64,000 nt of DNA from an uncultured Candidatus Saccharibacteria bacterium (GCA_964574145.1 CAZNKJ010000001.1:16852-80851); one strand, 5' to 3'; positions 35,714 to 46,247 are shown, numbered from the stretch's first letter. Numbers and translations are program-made. Notes: generated by a model not told the origin, from the letters alone.

Positions 35714-35784
35714 GCGGGTATAGTTTAGTGGTAGAATGACTGCCTTCCAAGCAGTATACGGGAGTTCGATTCTCCCTACCCGCA
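35714..35784 (+). tRNA. tRNA-Gly (anticodon TCC)
   Basis: Acceptor GCGGGTA/TACCCGC, anticodon stem ACTGC/GCAGT with loop CTTCCAA, and T-arm GGGAGTTCGATTCTCCC. Confidence 0.8.
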
Positions 35785-35932
35785 CAAGATATTCCCTGTG
35801 CTTTCAGTGTAAAAAGTTTCTGCACGGAGTTTAGTATTTAAAGTCATTACTAAGTAGTGAGGTTGCTAATTTGTGTGGAAGGACAGTGAGTTTTTTATTG
35901 AGATTAATTTATCTAAATTTATATAAGCACAT

Positions 35933-35959
35933 AAAAACCGCCCTTTATGGGCGGTTTTT
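35933..35959. terminator. Bidirectional Rho-independent terminator downstream of hup
   Basis: AAAAACCGCCCtttatGGGCGGTTTTT. Confidence 0.65.
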
Positions 35960-35977
35960 ATGTACAGTGACAATACC

Positions 35978-36250
35978 TTACTTAACAGCATCTTTCAAAG
36001 CTTTTGCGGCACGGAACTTTGGTACGCGCATAGCTTGGATTTGAATGCTTTCTCCGGTACGAGGGTTACGACCCTGTCGTGCTGGTCGCATTTTGGTTGA
36101 AAAAATACCAAGACCTGCGATAGAAACTTCATTACCACCTTTGAGATCCTCAATGATGGAATTTACCATTGTGTCAACAGCTCGCTCAGCGTTTGCTTTT
36201 GTGTCGCCAAGCACTTCGTGTACTTTGTCAACAATATCTGCTTTGTTCAT
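35978..36250 (-). CDS. hup: DNA-binding protein HU
   Basis: MNKADIVDKV...GFGTF-like core with the RPARQGRNPRTGE arm; 90 aa. Confidence 0.9.
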   Translation of the reverse strand: MNKADIVDKVHEVLGDTKANAERAVDTMVNSIIEDLKGGNEVSIAGLGIFSTKMRPARQGRNPRTGESIQIQAMRVPKFRAAKALKDAVK

Positions 36251-36548
36251 AACAATATATGTGGATTTAGTATGAGTAAATCTCGACCTTATTAATCAAC
36301 GAGCCCTTGTTAGCCCTAAGCTTGGCTACAAGTTCTGGAATTAAGTATATAGACTGCCATTTTTTACGCAACTTGAAAGTCTTAATAACCGTAGCGTTGT
36401 ATTTGAACAATGTTTTTCTGGTGTGTATGAACGGGTTTTCTTTTTAGTTAGACAGACTATTTGAATATAAGTAGTTTTATACTGAATAAGGCTGAATTAT
36501 GGTCATAAAGGAGGGTATATGGCAGTTTTTCGTTGCTAAGAGGGGTGT

Positions 36549-38117
36549 TTATCTAGCGTATTGGAGTGCCCGTGTTTCTCGAATTACTGCAATTTTTATT
36601 TCACCAGGGTATTTTAATTCACTTTCTATACGTAAAGCTATATCTCTGGCAATCTGAAGGGTTTTTATATCAGATACTTTCTCAGGTGTTACAAATACAC
36701 GCACTTCTCGTCCTGCTTGGATTGCAAATGATTTCTCAACTCCCTCAAAAGAATTCGCAATATCTTCAAGATCACCGAGACGTTTAAGATAACTTTCAGC
36801 GGTATCGTGTCGCGCGCCAGGACGTCCTCCAGATATGGCATCTGCTGCTTGAACAATAATTGACTCTGGTGTTTCGTAAGGGTACTCCTCATGGTGGGCC
36901 TGCATAGCCTGTATGATTGTCTCATCTACATGAAATTTCTGAAGTACCCTTCGTCCGATTTCAACATGCGTACCTTGGACTTCATGGTCTAGAGCTTTTC
37001 CTATATCGTGTAGTAAAGCTCCAGCCTTAGCAGTATTAACATCAACCCCTAACTCCTCGGCAATTATCCCAGAAATATGTGCCATCTCGATTGAGTGTTG
37101 AAGCACGTTTTGTCCGTAACTAGTTCGAAAATGTAATCGTCCAAGTATGGTGAGAAGTTTTGGATCTAAGTTTAGAATGCCACATTCGTAAGCAGCTTGC
37201 TCACCTTTTTCTTTCATAACATGATTTATCTCTTCTCGCGCTTTTTCAACAAATTCTTCAATTTTAGCTGGCTGTATTCGGCCATCTATAATGAGATTTT
37301 CAAGCGCGACACGTGCGATTTGTCGTCGAACGGAGTCAAAAGATGAAAGAGTTATAGCCCCTGGGGTGTCGTCAATAATGATATCTACTCCAGTAGCGCG
37401 TTCCAACGCTTTTATATTTCGCCCTTCTTTACCAATGATTTTACCCTTCATTTCATCGGATGGGAGCGAGACTACTGTTGTCATTACATCGGAAGGGACT
37501 GAGTTACTTAGTCGATGTATCGCTGTAGTCAGTATCTCTTGAGCTTTTTTTTCAAGACGTTCCCGTCCAGCGTTCTCTAATTTTTGCAGTCGAGCCATAA
37601 TATTTTCTTCTTCTTGTTTCTCAACTACCTCCATAAGCTCTACTTTTGCTTCTTCTGTAGAAAGTCGAGCAATTTTCTCGAGTTCTTCATTTTTTCTTTC
37701 CTCAATTTCTTCTGCTTTTCTTTTAATCTCTTGAATTTCTTCAGTCTTATGTTTGACTATTTCAATCTCTTTGTCGATATCAATTTGGCGTGTATCAAGA
37801 AATTCTTCTTTTTTAATCAAACGTTTCTCATTTGTTTTTATCTGGACGTCTCTTTCTTTAAGTTCTTGTTTTCTTTCTTCCACTACTTTATTTGCTCTAG
37901 ATTCCGAACTTTCTTCTATAAGCTTTGCTTTTTCTCGCGCCTCAAGCATCATTTGTTTGATCTCAAGTTCCATGGAGCCACGTTTACCCAACGAAATGAT
38001 CCAGCGTAGAAAATAACCAAAAGCCGTTCCAAAAAGTCCAGAGAGAAGTAGAAGCACTAGTGCTATTTTTAATGACATAATAATTACTGGTTTGCTCATT
38101 TTCATTGTGTTCAACAA
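36549..38117 (-). CDS. rny: Ribonuclease Y
   Basis: N-terminal TM, long coiled coil, a KH domain (GKIIGKEGRNIKALE), and an HD domain (HSIEMAHI...LLHDIGKA). Confidence 0.9.
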   Translation of the reverse strand: MLNTMKMSKPVIIMSLKIALVLLLLSGLFGTAFGYFLRWIISLGKRGSMELEIKQMMLEAREKAKLIEESSESRANKVVEERKQELKERDVQIKTNEKRLIKKEEFLDTRQIDIDKEIEIVKHKTEEIQEIKRKAEEIEERKNEELEKIARLSTEEAKVELMEVVEKQEEENIMARLQKLENAGRERLEKKAQEILTTAIHRLSNSVPSDVMTTVVSLPSDEMKGKIIGKEGRNIKALERATGVDIIIDDTPGAITLSSFDSVRRQIARVALENLIIDGRIQPAKIEEFVEKAREEINHVMKEKGEQAAYECGILNLDPKLLTILGRLHFRTSYGQNVLQHSIEMAHISGIIAEELGVDVNTAKAGALLHDIGKALDHEVQGTHVEIGRRVLQKFHVDETIIQAMQAHHEEYPYETPESIIVQAADAISGGRPGARHDTAESYLKRLGDLEDIANSFEGVEKSFAIQAGREVRVFVTPEKVSDIKTLQIARDIALRIESELKYPGEIKIAVIRETRALQYAR

Positions 38118-38346
38118 GAAAAAAGAGCAGGAAATCTTACCCCTCAGTACCTATTTTATAGCTTAGTTGACGTGTTTGTTTTCTGAAAGAATCGTAAAAA
38201 TGTTTTAAAAAGTATATATTTTATGTACGTTTTATTATCTATCTATTCAGAGTCAACTTACGAACAAGGTTGTACCAAAATGGGTGAGTTTCAAAATATT
38301 AACAACAAATAATGAAGTATGGTCTCACTGTAACAGAATTGGGCTT

Positions 38347-38388
38347 ACACAGCAATCAGCGCTCCTTAAGGAGCGCTGATTGCTGTGT
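38347..38388. terminator. Perfect 19-bp-stem palindrome (ACACAGCAATCAGCGCTCC-TTAA-GGAGCGCTGATTGCTGTGT) downstream of clpP
   Basis: Direct read; the reverse complement is perfect. Confidence 0.6.
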
Positions 38389-38405
38389 AGAGCCAATATT
38401 TATTA

Positions 38406-39008
38406 TTATTTAGTTTTTAAGATTTCATCCACGATTCCATATTTTTTTGACTCTTCAGCAGTCATAAAGAAATCGCGCTCAACATCTTTTTCAATCTGTG
38501 TCAGTGATTTGTCAGTGTGTTTGGCAAGAATTTTGTTGAGACGGTCTCGAACAGAAAGAATATGTTTGGCAGTTATCTCAATATCAGTTGCTTGTCCTTG
38601 AGCACCGCCCCATGGTTGGTGTATCATCACCTCGGCGTTTGGAAGGATAAAACGTTTCCCTTTTTTGCCAGCTGCAAGAAGTACTGCAGCTCCAGAAGCG
38701 GCTATTCCCACACATACAGTCGATACGTCTGGTTTAATGTAGTTCATAGTGTCAAGCATTGCCAGAGTGGCGGTTACAGACCCTCCTGGTGAGTTGATAT
38801 AGAGACTGATACCTTTTTTAGAATCCTCAGATTCTAGAAAAAGGAGTTGTGCAATTATCAAGTTTGCTGAATAGTCTTCTATAGGTCCACTGAGAAAGAT
38901 AATCCGGTCTCTTAGTAGTCGTGAATAGATATCAAATGCTCTTTCGCCAAACTGTGATTTTTCCACAACAACAGGAACAAGTTGGTTTTGTATAATATTT
39001 TTTTTCAT
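38406..39008 (-). CDS. clpP: ATP-dependent Clp protease proteolytic subunit
   Basis: [11 protein letters not shown]...[14 protein letters not shown]...MIHQP, the catalytic Ser/His region. Confidence 0.95.
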   Translation of the reverse strand: MKKNIIQNQLVPVVVEKSQFGERAFDIYSRLLRDRIIFLSGPIEDYSANLIIAQLLFLESEDSKKGISLYINSPGGSVTATLAMLDTMNYIKPDVSTVCVGIAASGAAVLLAAGKKGKRFILPNAEVMIHQPWGGAQGQATDIEITAKHILSVRDRLNKILAKHTDKSLTQIEKDVERDFFMTAEESKKYGIVDEILKTK

Positions 39009-39047
39009 AGATTGATTATAACGTGCTTCTATATTTTTTAAAATAAA

Positions 39048-40118
39048 TTATTTTTTATCTTTCAATTCTTTTGTAATTTCTGTGTTTTCTAATAGCTGGA
39101 ATACTTTTTCGTTAGTTAATATTGTTTCTACATATACAACTACTCGATTAGGGTCTGCATCCTTGTGGTGTTCCAAAATATGTTTAGATTCTTTATCTAT
39201 TTCATCTTTTGGAATGTGGATATTTTCTTCCGCAGCGATAGCATTTAATATTAGTTGTAGTTTTGCGCGTTTTTTTGCATCTATTTCAAATTCTTTTCTA
39301 ATAGCATCTTCGGTTTTTTTAATATTTTTAATATAATCTTCAAATTTCATTCCCATTCGTTCAATGTCACTTTTTAATTGGGAGACCATTTTATCCAATT
39401 CACTTTCCACAAGGATTTTGGGGAGAAGGATTTCTGTTTTTTCTATTATTTTTTCTCCTATTTCGATACGAGTTTTTTCTTTCGCTTTGTGTTCTTTCTC
39501 GATTTTAAGATTTTCTTCAAGCTTTTTTTTGAAATCATCTATATTCTTAAAATCTCCAAATGATTTTACCAATTCTTCAGTCAAGACGGGTTTGGTTTTT
39601 TGTGGTTCATTCGTTCCAGTGTCTTTTTCTTTTTTTGTTTTATTCTGTAAAATTTGATTTATTACCTCGTCAATGTCTTGTTTTGTTACAAGAATAATTT
39701 CTTGTTTCTTGGTTACTTCGCCAGAAATTTTTTTATAATCTGGTAATATAATTTCTGGTAACACTGCAGTTTCAATAGTGAATCCTATTGGATTCCCAGG
39801 AGCTAATTTTGTTATTGTTACTTTAGGGCGTCCTATGGCTTTGATTTTGTGTTCCTCGATTATCTGTGGATAAATGTCTTGTAATGACAGTTCTGCAATT
39901 TGGTTTAGAATTATTTCTTCTGCTACATGTTTTGTAAGAATATGATCCGGAATATGTCCTTTTCTAAAACCAGGTATTTTCGCATCAGCACCTATTTTTT
40001 TGAGTACTTGCGTTCGATAAGTAGAAAAAACATCTTTTTGTATTTCTCCAGTAATTTTTAATTCAGAATCATCTTTTTTTACTATGGAGATATTATTATA
40101 AATAGACTTTGTAGACAT
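39048..40118 (-). CDS. tig: Trigger factor (short form)
   Basis: N-terminal ribosome-binding domain with GFRKGHIP, a PPIase-like middle and a C-terminal arm. Its position upstream of clpP is conserved. Confidence 0.85.
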   Translation of the reverse strand: MSTKSIYNNISIVKKDDSELKITGEIQKDVFSTYRTQVLKKIGADAKIPGFRKGHIPDHILTKHVAEEIILNQIAELSLQDIYPQIIEEHKIKAIGRPKVTITKLAPGNPIGFTIETAVLPEIILPDYKKISGEVTKKQEIILVTKQDIDEVINQILQNKTKKEKDTGTNEPQKTKPVLTEELVKSFGDFKNIDDFKKKLEENLKIEKEHKAKEKTRIEIGEKIIEKTEILLPKILVESELDKMVSQLKSDIERMGMKFEDYIKNIKKTEDAIRKEFEIDAKKRAKLQLILNAIAAEENIHIPKDEIDKESKHILEHHKDADPNRVVVYVETILTNEKVFQLLENTEITKELKDKK

Positions 40119-40218
40119 GTGTTTTAGAAGGATATGTAATAATCACGAATATTTTACTATAACACAAAAAACTTTCGTCTGCAAACGAAAGTTTTTTGTT
40201 ATTTGTATTTTTGTTGGA

Positions 40219-40620
40219 CTATTGAGTAAATACGGAGTCGATATTAGAAAGGTCTTCGTCAATATTACCTAAGTCTGTTGTTCCTAAATCTTTTTCAATG
40301 GAGCTTACTTCATCAGAAGTTCCTTGAGTTTTCAGGCTCTTTACTACAGGATCTGGTTCTGTTGCGACGTTATTTTGTTGTGGATTTACAATGTCTGCTT
40401 TTTTAGAGTAGTATTGATTGCCCCAGAAATATATTCCTCCTAAAGCAAGTACAGAAATAATAATAATAATTCCAGCAACTTGACCTATTGTGTGTTTTTC
40501 TGGCTCAGGGTTGTTAGAAGTTTCTGTTGGAGTTTCTTCTGTCGTGTCGACATTAGACACATTTTCGTTTTCATTATTTTGCTTCTCGTTTTGTTCTTCT
40601 TGTGTGTTCATATAAGTCAA
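40219..40620 (-). CDS. Hypothetical single-TM protein, acidic and N-rich
   Basis: 133 aa with one TM (IIIISVLALGGIYFW). Confidence 0.35.
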   Translation of the reverse strand: MTYMNTQEEQNEKQNNENENVSNVDTTEETPTETSNNPEPEKHTIGQVAGIIIIISVLALGGIYFWGNQYYSKKADIVNPQQNNVATEPDPVVKSLKTQGTSDEVSSIEKDLGTTDLGNIDEDLSNIDSVFTQ

Positions 40621-40665
40621 TATATTTATTTCTAATAGAGATTATAATTTTATTATTACCTCTCC

Positions 40666-41493
40666 TTAATTTCTAGAATCGGAATTATTATTGGTAGTAT
40701 TTTCATCTCTATTATCCGACCTAATCTCACGTAGAGCCCTTACTGTTTCTATGAGAGTTTCGCGCGCTTTTAGAATTCCGTTTTTTGCGATAGTGGCCAT
40801 CTCGCGCGCTTTTTGGAAGGAATCTTGTGGGTTTTCGGTTTCAATTGCTGAAAACGCTTCATCAAGGAATTGTTTAGTCGCTTCTCGAGCAGTTTCAAGC
40901 TCATTTTGCGATTTTTCTAGAAGATCGCGCTCCTCAGTCATATCTTTTCCCTGAGCTTCAAGTTTTTCAATACGAGATTGTACACGTTTACCGATTTTGT
41001 AAATTCTATTTATTGCCATTTCAAATCTGTTCCCAAATCGTTTAAGATGTTTTTTTATTCGCTCTTTTGATTTATTCCCAAGCTTTATTTCTCGTTTTTG
41101 AAATTTTTCACGCAGACCACCTTTCCTTTTTTCAATTTTTTCAATTCGCTCTTTCATATTTTCACGCAACTCAAGTCGTTTTTTATCTAATCGCGCGCGA
41201 ATTTTATCTCGTCTGGAAGAATACTCCTCTCTTGTGTTGTCAAAACGTTCTTTTAATCTTTGTTCTTTTTCATCTATTTCCTTACGGATTTTATTATGCC
41301 GCCTGGGTGTTACGGCAGGGGCTAATTTTTTAGCCTTAATATTCTCTCCCTCAACTTCTTTTGCGGTAGATGCTGATGAGTCATCGGTGTGGGCAAGAGC
41401 AGGATTTGCGATAAAAAACAGAGCAAAGGCGAATATTAACAATAGTATAGAGTTCTTAACGTTTAAGATTTCTTTAAAATGAGTTATTTTCAT
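40666..41493 (-). CDS. Secreted K/R/E-rich coiled-coil hypothetical protein
   Basis: Signal peptide MKITHFKEILNVKNSILLLIFAFALFFIANPALA, followed by highly charged heptad-like repeats. Confidence 0.4.
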   Translation of the reverse strand: MKITHFKEILNVKNSILLLIFAFALFFIANPALAHTDDSSASTAKEVEGENIKAKKLAPAVTPRRHNKIRKEIDEKEQRLKERFDNTREEYSSRRDKIRARLDKKRLELRENMKERIEKIEKRKGGLREKFQKREIKLGNKSKERIKKHLKRFGNRFEMAINRIYKIGKRVQSRIEKLEAQGKDMTEERDLLEKSQNELETAREATKQFLDEAFSAIETENPQDSFQKAREMATIAKNGILKARETLIETVRALREIRSDNRDENTTNNNSDSRN

Positions 41494-41594
41494 AGACTGT
41501 TGTTTTGTGAGGTTTATAATTGTATCTAATTCAGATAGGGAAGGATTTTATATATCCTACGTATTTTATAAAAAACCTATATATTTTTAAGTAT

Positions 41595-41630
41595 ACACAA
41601 CCCAGCTCTTTTAAAAGAGCTGGGTTGTGT
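41595..41630. terminator. Perfect 18-bp-stem palindrome (ACACAACCCAGCTCTTTT|AAAAGAGCTGGGTTGTGT) downstream of ppa
   Basis: Direct read; the reverse complement is perfect. Confidence 0.6.
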
Positions 41631-41655
41631 ATATCCAGATCAATAATCTGGATAT

Positions 41656-42177
41656 TTATGAGAATTTCTTTTGATAGAGAGCGCGTGCGCGATCAAAGGC
41701 TTTTTGAGCCTCTTTAACACCCTCAAACCCGACAACTTTTACCTCTTTATTTTGAAGTTTTTTGTAAGTTGAGTAGAAATGTTCCATCTCTTTAATGGTA
41801 TGGGGGTTAATATCACCTATATCTTTAGTAAGATCCCAACGTGGGTCTTTTATGGGAACTGCAATAACCTTATCATCAGATTCTCCATCATCTATCATTT
41901 TCATGAGAGCCACAGGTCTTACTCGTACTAGGATACCTGGAGCTAGTGGGAATGTTGCAAGTACAATAACATCTAGTGCATCATCATCATCCCATAGAGT
42001 TTTAGGGACAAACCCGTAATCATATGGGAAGTCTTGAGCTGTGTGCGCTGCCCGGTCAAGAGCTATCAGACCTGTTTCTTTGTCAATCTCATATTTATTT
42101 TTTGAACCTTTTGGTATTTCAATGATAACGTTTATTTCATCATGCGTACCGGGTTCAATGTCGTGCCAAAGATTCAT
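41656..42177 (-). CDS. ppa: Inorganic pyrophosphatase (family I)
   Basis: IEIPKGSKNKYEID...DGDALDVIV-like motifs; 173 aa. Confidence 0.9.
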   Translation of the reverse strand: MNLWHDIEPGTHDEINVIIEIPKGSKNKYEIDKETGLIALDRAAHTAQDFPYDYGFVPKTLWDDDDALDVIVLATFPLAPGILVRVRPVALMKMIDDGESDDKVIAVPIKDPRWDLTKDIGDINPHTIKEMEHFYSTYKKLQNKEVKVVGFEGVKEAQKAFDRARALYQKKFS

Positions 42178-42226
42178 AGACTTATTTTGTTATTTAATAA
42201 TAAAGCAGATTGCTCGTTTTTTTTAT

Positions 42227-43477
42227 TTACACTGTGTCTTTTCCGTCCAGTTCTTTCTGGACATCCTTATCATTTACAATAGTCTTTTTATTTTCAATTT
42301 TTTCTTTCACCACTTCTTTCTCTGAGGTAGAGGCTTTTGCTTTTTCTATTGTAACACCGTCTTCATCTGCTGTAGCAACATTATCTCCTTGTAAAGATTG
42401 GATGTCTATTTTCCAACCAGTAAGTTTCGCAGCCAATCGAACATTTTGCCCACCTTTGCCTATTGCAAGAGATTGTTGGTCTTCAGAAACCTCAACTCGA
42501 GCCTGTTTATCTTCTTCTGAAATTTCTACACTAATAATCTTTGCAGGTGAAAGAGCGTCTTCAATAAACTCAACTTGATCTTCAGACCATTCAATAATGT
42601 CAATTTTTTCTCCAGCAAGCTCACTCATTACTGTTGAAACACGAACACCGCGTTGTCCAACCAAGGAACCTACAGGGTCTATGTGTTCATCGTGAGAAAG
42701 CACAGCAATTTTAGAACGTGACCCTGCTTCACGAGCAACAGCCTTTATCTCAATAGTTTTATTTGCTAGTTCGGGGGACTCCATTTCAAACAATTTTTCA
42801 AGAAATTTTGGATGAGAGCGAGACAGTCTTAAGAATACGCCGCGATGACTATCATCAACTGCAAACAAGTATGCTCGTATACGTTCGCCTTGTCGGAATC
42901 GTTCGCCTGGGATTTGTTCATCATAAGGGATGACTCCTGTTGTGCGACCAAGGTCAATAAAAACATTACCCCTCTCTATACGTTGAACTGTTCCATTCAC
43001 TATTTCTCCTTGTCGTCCACCAAAATCTTCCAGGACAGAAGTTTTTTCCGCTTCACGAATTTTTTGAATAATGACCTGCTTTGCTGTTTGGGCCGCTATA
43101 CGCCCAAAATCACCCTTTTCTTCCAAAGGGAATATTATTTCGTCGTCAAGCTCTGTATTTTTTTTGATCCTTTTTGCATCTTCAAGAAGGATATGATGTT
43201 CAGTATTAAAACGAATTCTTTCATCATCTTCTCCTTCTTTTTCATCTTCTTCCATTAGTACAGAAGATGGATCAACAACTATTTTTACTTGGAAGAACTC
43301 TGTTGAGCCAGTGCCTATGTCAAAAACTGCGCGTACAATTTGTCCTTTTTTCCCGTATTCTTTTTTGTAAGCAGTTGCTAGAGCGGATTCAATAGCCTCA
43401 ATCATTTTTTCACGAGGGATACCGCGTTCTTCTTCTAATTGGTCTAGTACTGAGTTTATTACTTTTAAGTCAAACAT
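42227..43477 (-). CDS. nusA: Transcription termination/antitermination factor NusA
   Basis: The N-terminus INSVLDQLEEERGIPREKMIEAIESALATAYKK, an S1 domain and two KH domains; 416 aa. Confidence 0.9.
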   Translation of the reverse strand: MFDLKVINSVLDQLEEERGIPREKMIEAIESALATAYKKEYGKKGQIVRAVFDIGTGSTEFFQVKIVVDPSSVLMEEDEKEGEDDERIRFNTEHHILLEDAKRIKKNTELDDEIIFPLEEKGDFGRIAAQTAKQVIIQKIREAEKTSVLEDFGGRQGEIVNGTVQRIERGNVFIDLGRTTGVIPYDEQIPGERFRQGERIRAYLFAVDDSHRGVFLRLSRSHPKFLEKLFEMESPELANKTIEIKAVAREAGSRSKIAVLSHDEHIDPVGSLVGQRGVRVSTVMSELAGEKIDIIEWSEDQVEFIEDALSPAKIISVEISEEDKQARVEVSEDQQSLAIGKGGQNVRLAAKLTGWKIDIQSLQGDNVATADEDGVTIEKAKASTSEKEVVKEKIENKKTIVNDKDVQKELDGKDTV

Positions 43478-43705
43478 GTCTTAGATTTAGTTAACGAATG
43501 ATAATGAGTTTAGTAAATCTTAGATGCCCTGTAGCTCTCGTATAGAGCGAAATGGGTATAAATTAGATTTAGTTAACGAATGATAATGAGTTTAGTAAAT
43601 CTTAGATGCCCTGTAGCTCTCGTATAGATAGCTCTCGTATAGAGCGAAATGGGTATAGATTAGATTTACTTAGTGGGCGTATAGTGAGCTTAGTAATTCA
43701 TCATC
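43478..43705. repeat. Tandem direct repeat array (~2.3 copies of an 82-bp unit) immediately upstream of nusA. Each unit holds a GCTCTCGTATAGAGC hairpin, and copy 2 has an internal 15-bp duplication.
   Basis: Copy 1 at 43482-43563 and copy 2 at 43564-~43660 are near-identical. A degenerate third copy extends to ~43705. Confidence 0.7.
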
Positions 43706-43777
43706 TTCCGAATTTTTTAAAAAAATGTGCCCGCACAAAGGCGGACATAACACACAGTAGTATACTGTATAGATGTC

Positions 43778-44419
43778 TCATGTCAAGTTGCTCCCTAGGT
43801 GGGAATGATCCATCCATGTGGTCATGTTCCAAGAATTAAGCTTTTCATTATATTCACAAATAGTTATGCCGGTATTTCTTGTTTTCATAAATAACCCTAG
43901 ATGTGTGTAAATGTTTGAATCAAGCTCTTTGTCGAATATCATAAGTGAGATTAACATACGTAAAAAAACACCATGTGTAATAACAGCTATTTGAGAGTCA
44001 GGTTGTGTTATAAGGAGTTCAAGTGCTTTAAGCGCGCGATTTTTCAGATCATTAAAATTTTCTTCATTGGAATAGTGCCAGTTTGGTATATGAAAATTCT
44101 GTAAGATTGTATCTTCTATTTTTTTGCGTTTCGGATCTTCTCTGTGGAGCCCTTTTATTTCTGAAGGACGCTTTTGTTCTATAAATAGGTCAGAGTAAGT
44201 AGACGGTTTGTTAAGAAGTTTGTTGAAAATAATCGCAGTTTCTTTTGTGCGTACAAAAGGACTTACAATAATAGAATCAATGGGGATAGATTGAAAACGT
44301 TGTGCCAAGAATGTTGACTGTTCTATTCCTTTTTGTGTTAGCTTACCTTCAGCTCCCATGTAAATTCCAGAAGAGTTTGACTCACTTTCGCCGTGTCGCA
44401 CAAAGTAGAAACGTTTCAT
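43778..44419 (-). CDS. Histidine phosphatase family protein (phosphoglycerate-mutase-like)
   Basis: FYFVRHGESESN at the N-terminus (RHG motif) and a C-terminal catalytic His region (VITHG). Confidence 0.75.
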   Translation of the reverse strand: MKRFYFVRHGESESNSSGIYMGAEGKLTQKGIEQSTFLAQRFQSIPIDSIIVSPFVRTKETAIIFNKLLNKPSTYSDLFIEQKRPSEIKGLHREDPKRKKIEDTILQNFHIPNWHYSNEENFNDLKNRALKALELLITQPDSQIAVITHGVFLRMLISLMIFDKELDSNIYTHLGLFMKTRNTGITICEYNEKLNSWNMTTWMDHSHLGSNLT

Positions 44420-44495
44420 ATTGAAGCTAATATAACATGGTCTGTTGAGAAGTTAGGTAGTTAGTCGTGAGTTTCTTGATATAATTAAGACACTT

Positions 44496-46247
44496 ATGCT
44501 TATTGGAGCAAAACAACTCAAGCGTTTTCTTGTGGATGCTGGTTTGGTATCTAACACTCAATTTGAGACAGCTGAAAAAGAAGCGAAAAAACATGACACA
44601 AGTGTGAGTGAAGAACTGGTGTCAAAAGGAGAACTTTCTGAGAACGACCTGAGGAGAGTTGAAGCTTATGTGTTGGGGATTCCTTTTGTTAGTTTAAAAG
44701 ATCGCAAGATAGAGTTTGAAGTACTTTCTCTTGTGCCAGAACCAATAGCTAGGAATAATAATATTATTCCTTTTAAAAAAGGGGATGGGGTGCTTGAGGT
44801 AGCGATGCTTAACACTGATGATTTAGAATCCATTGATTTCATAAAGAAAAAAACAGGGCTAAAGATCTTACCTAGATTAACCGACACTGAGTCTATAAAG
44901 CATGCGCTAATTCAGTATCAGAAAACTCTAAAAGATGAATTTGGAGATTTGATTGAGAGGGAGGCAGGAGAGCTTAAAGAAATTCCTGAAGGTGAGGATA
45001 AGGAAATGTCTGAAGGCGATCTAAAAAAGCTCGCAGAAGATGTCCCTGTTGTGCGCATTGTTGATGCCCTCCTTAAGCATGCAATTATACAAAATGCTTC
45101 TGATATTCACATAGAACCGATGGAAAAAGAAGTTTTGGTAAGATACCGTATAGATGGAATATTGCATGACGCAATGACTCTTCCAAAGTCTGCTTCATCT
45201 TCAGTTAGCGCTAGAGTAAAAGTGCTTGCAAATTTAAAACTAGATGAGAAACGTCTTCCTCAGGACGGTCGGTTTAAAGTTGAGTCAAATAGTGAAAAAG
45301 TTTCTTTTCGTGTATCAGTTTTGCCAACATATTTTGGAGAGAAAATAGTAATGAGGCTTTTAAAAGAGAGTGTCTCTGGTTTTACACTAGAGAGTCTGGG
45401 TTTCCATGGGGAAGGGCTAGAGCGAATTTATCGAGCAACGAGGAAAAAAACCGGATTGATTTTAACTACAGGTCCGACTGGGTCAGGAAAGACAACAACT
45501 CTTTATACAATGCTTGATATTTTAAATACTCCAGAAGTAAATATTTCAACAATTGAAGATCCTATTGAGTATCAGATGCCCCGGATAAACCAAACACAGG
45601 TGCGTTCTGATATAGGGTTTTCTTTTGCGCAAGGCCTACGTTCTTTAGTTAGACAAGACCCAGATATTGTAATGGTCGGTGAGATTCGAGACACTGAGAC
45701 AGCCTCTTTGGCTATTAATGCTGCTCTTACAGGTCATCTGGTTTTTTCAACACTTCATACGAACTCTTCTGCTGGAGCCATTCCACGTCTTTTAGATATG
45801 GAAGCAGAAACTTTTCTTTTGGTATCTACTCTTGAGGTTATTATAGGTCAACGTCTTGTGCGACAATTATGCAAAGGGAAGATAGAACACAAACTTTCTG
45901 ATGAGGAAATTAAAGTGCTTGGAGAGTCTGTAGATTTAGATGCCGTTCTGAAGACTCTAAAAGAAGAAAAAATTATTTCAAAAACTGCAGAATGGGAAGA
46001 TGTCTCCTTTTATAAGCCAAAAGAGACAGCAGAGTGCAAAGATGGTTTCAAGGGACGGATTGGTATTCATGAAGTTCTTGATGTAACGCAGTCTATTCGT
46101 AATTTAGTTATGAGTGGAGCTACTACAAAAAAGATAGAAGAACAGGCAAAAAAAGAGGGAATGTTGACTATGATTGAGGACGGTATTTACAAAGCAGCAA
46201 AAGGGATCACTTCTATTGAAGAAGTTTTGCGAGTAGTGTCCGAATAA
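44496..46247 (+). CDS. pilB: Type IV pilus / type II secretion assembly ATPase (GspE/PilB family)
   Basis: N-terminal GSPII_E_N-like domain, Walker A GPTGSGKTTTL, Asp-box and His-box (LVFSTLHTNSSAGAI), and tetra-Cys-like region. Confidence 0.9.
   Translation: MLIGAKQLKRFLVDAGLVSNTQFETAEKEAKKHDTSVSEELVSKGELSENDLRRVEAYVLGIPFVSLKDRKIEFEVLSLVPEPIARNNNIIPFKKGDGVLEVAMLNTDDLESIDFIKKKTGLKILPRLTDTESIKHALIQYQKTLKDEFGDLIEREAGELKEIPEGEDKEMSEGDLKKLAEDVPVVRIVDALLKHAIIQNASDIHIEPMEKEVLVRYRIDGILHDAMTLPKSASSSVSARVKVLANLKLDEKRLPQDGRFKVESNSEKVSFRVSVLPTYFGEKIVMRLLKESVSGFTLESLGFHGEGLERIYRATRKKTGLILTTGPTGSGKTTTLYTMLDILNTPEVNISTIEDPIEYQMPRINQTQVRSDIGFSFAQGLRSLVRQDPDIVMVGEIRDTETASLAINAALTGHLVFSTLHTNSSAGAIPRLLDMEAETFLLVSTLEVIIGQRLVRQLCKGKIEHKLSDEEIKVLGESVDLDAVLKTLKEEKIISKTAEWEDVSFYKPKETAECKDGFKGRIGIHEVLDVTQSIRNLVMSGATTKKIEEQAKKEGMLTMIEDGIYKAAKGITSIEEVLRVVSE

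Noticed and set aside
43478-43705. Considered a CRISPR array because of regularly repeated hairpin-containing units
   Set aside because: The repeating unit is ~82 bp and is itself repeated in full with no unique spacers. CRISPR arrays have 28-37-bp repeats separated by distinct spacers. No cas genes are nearby.
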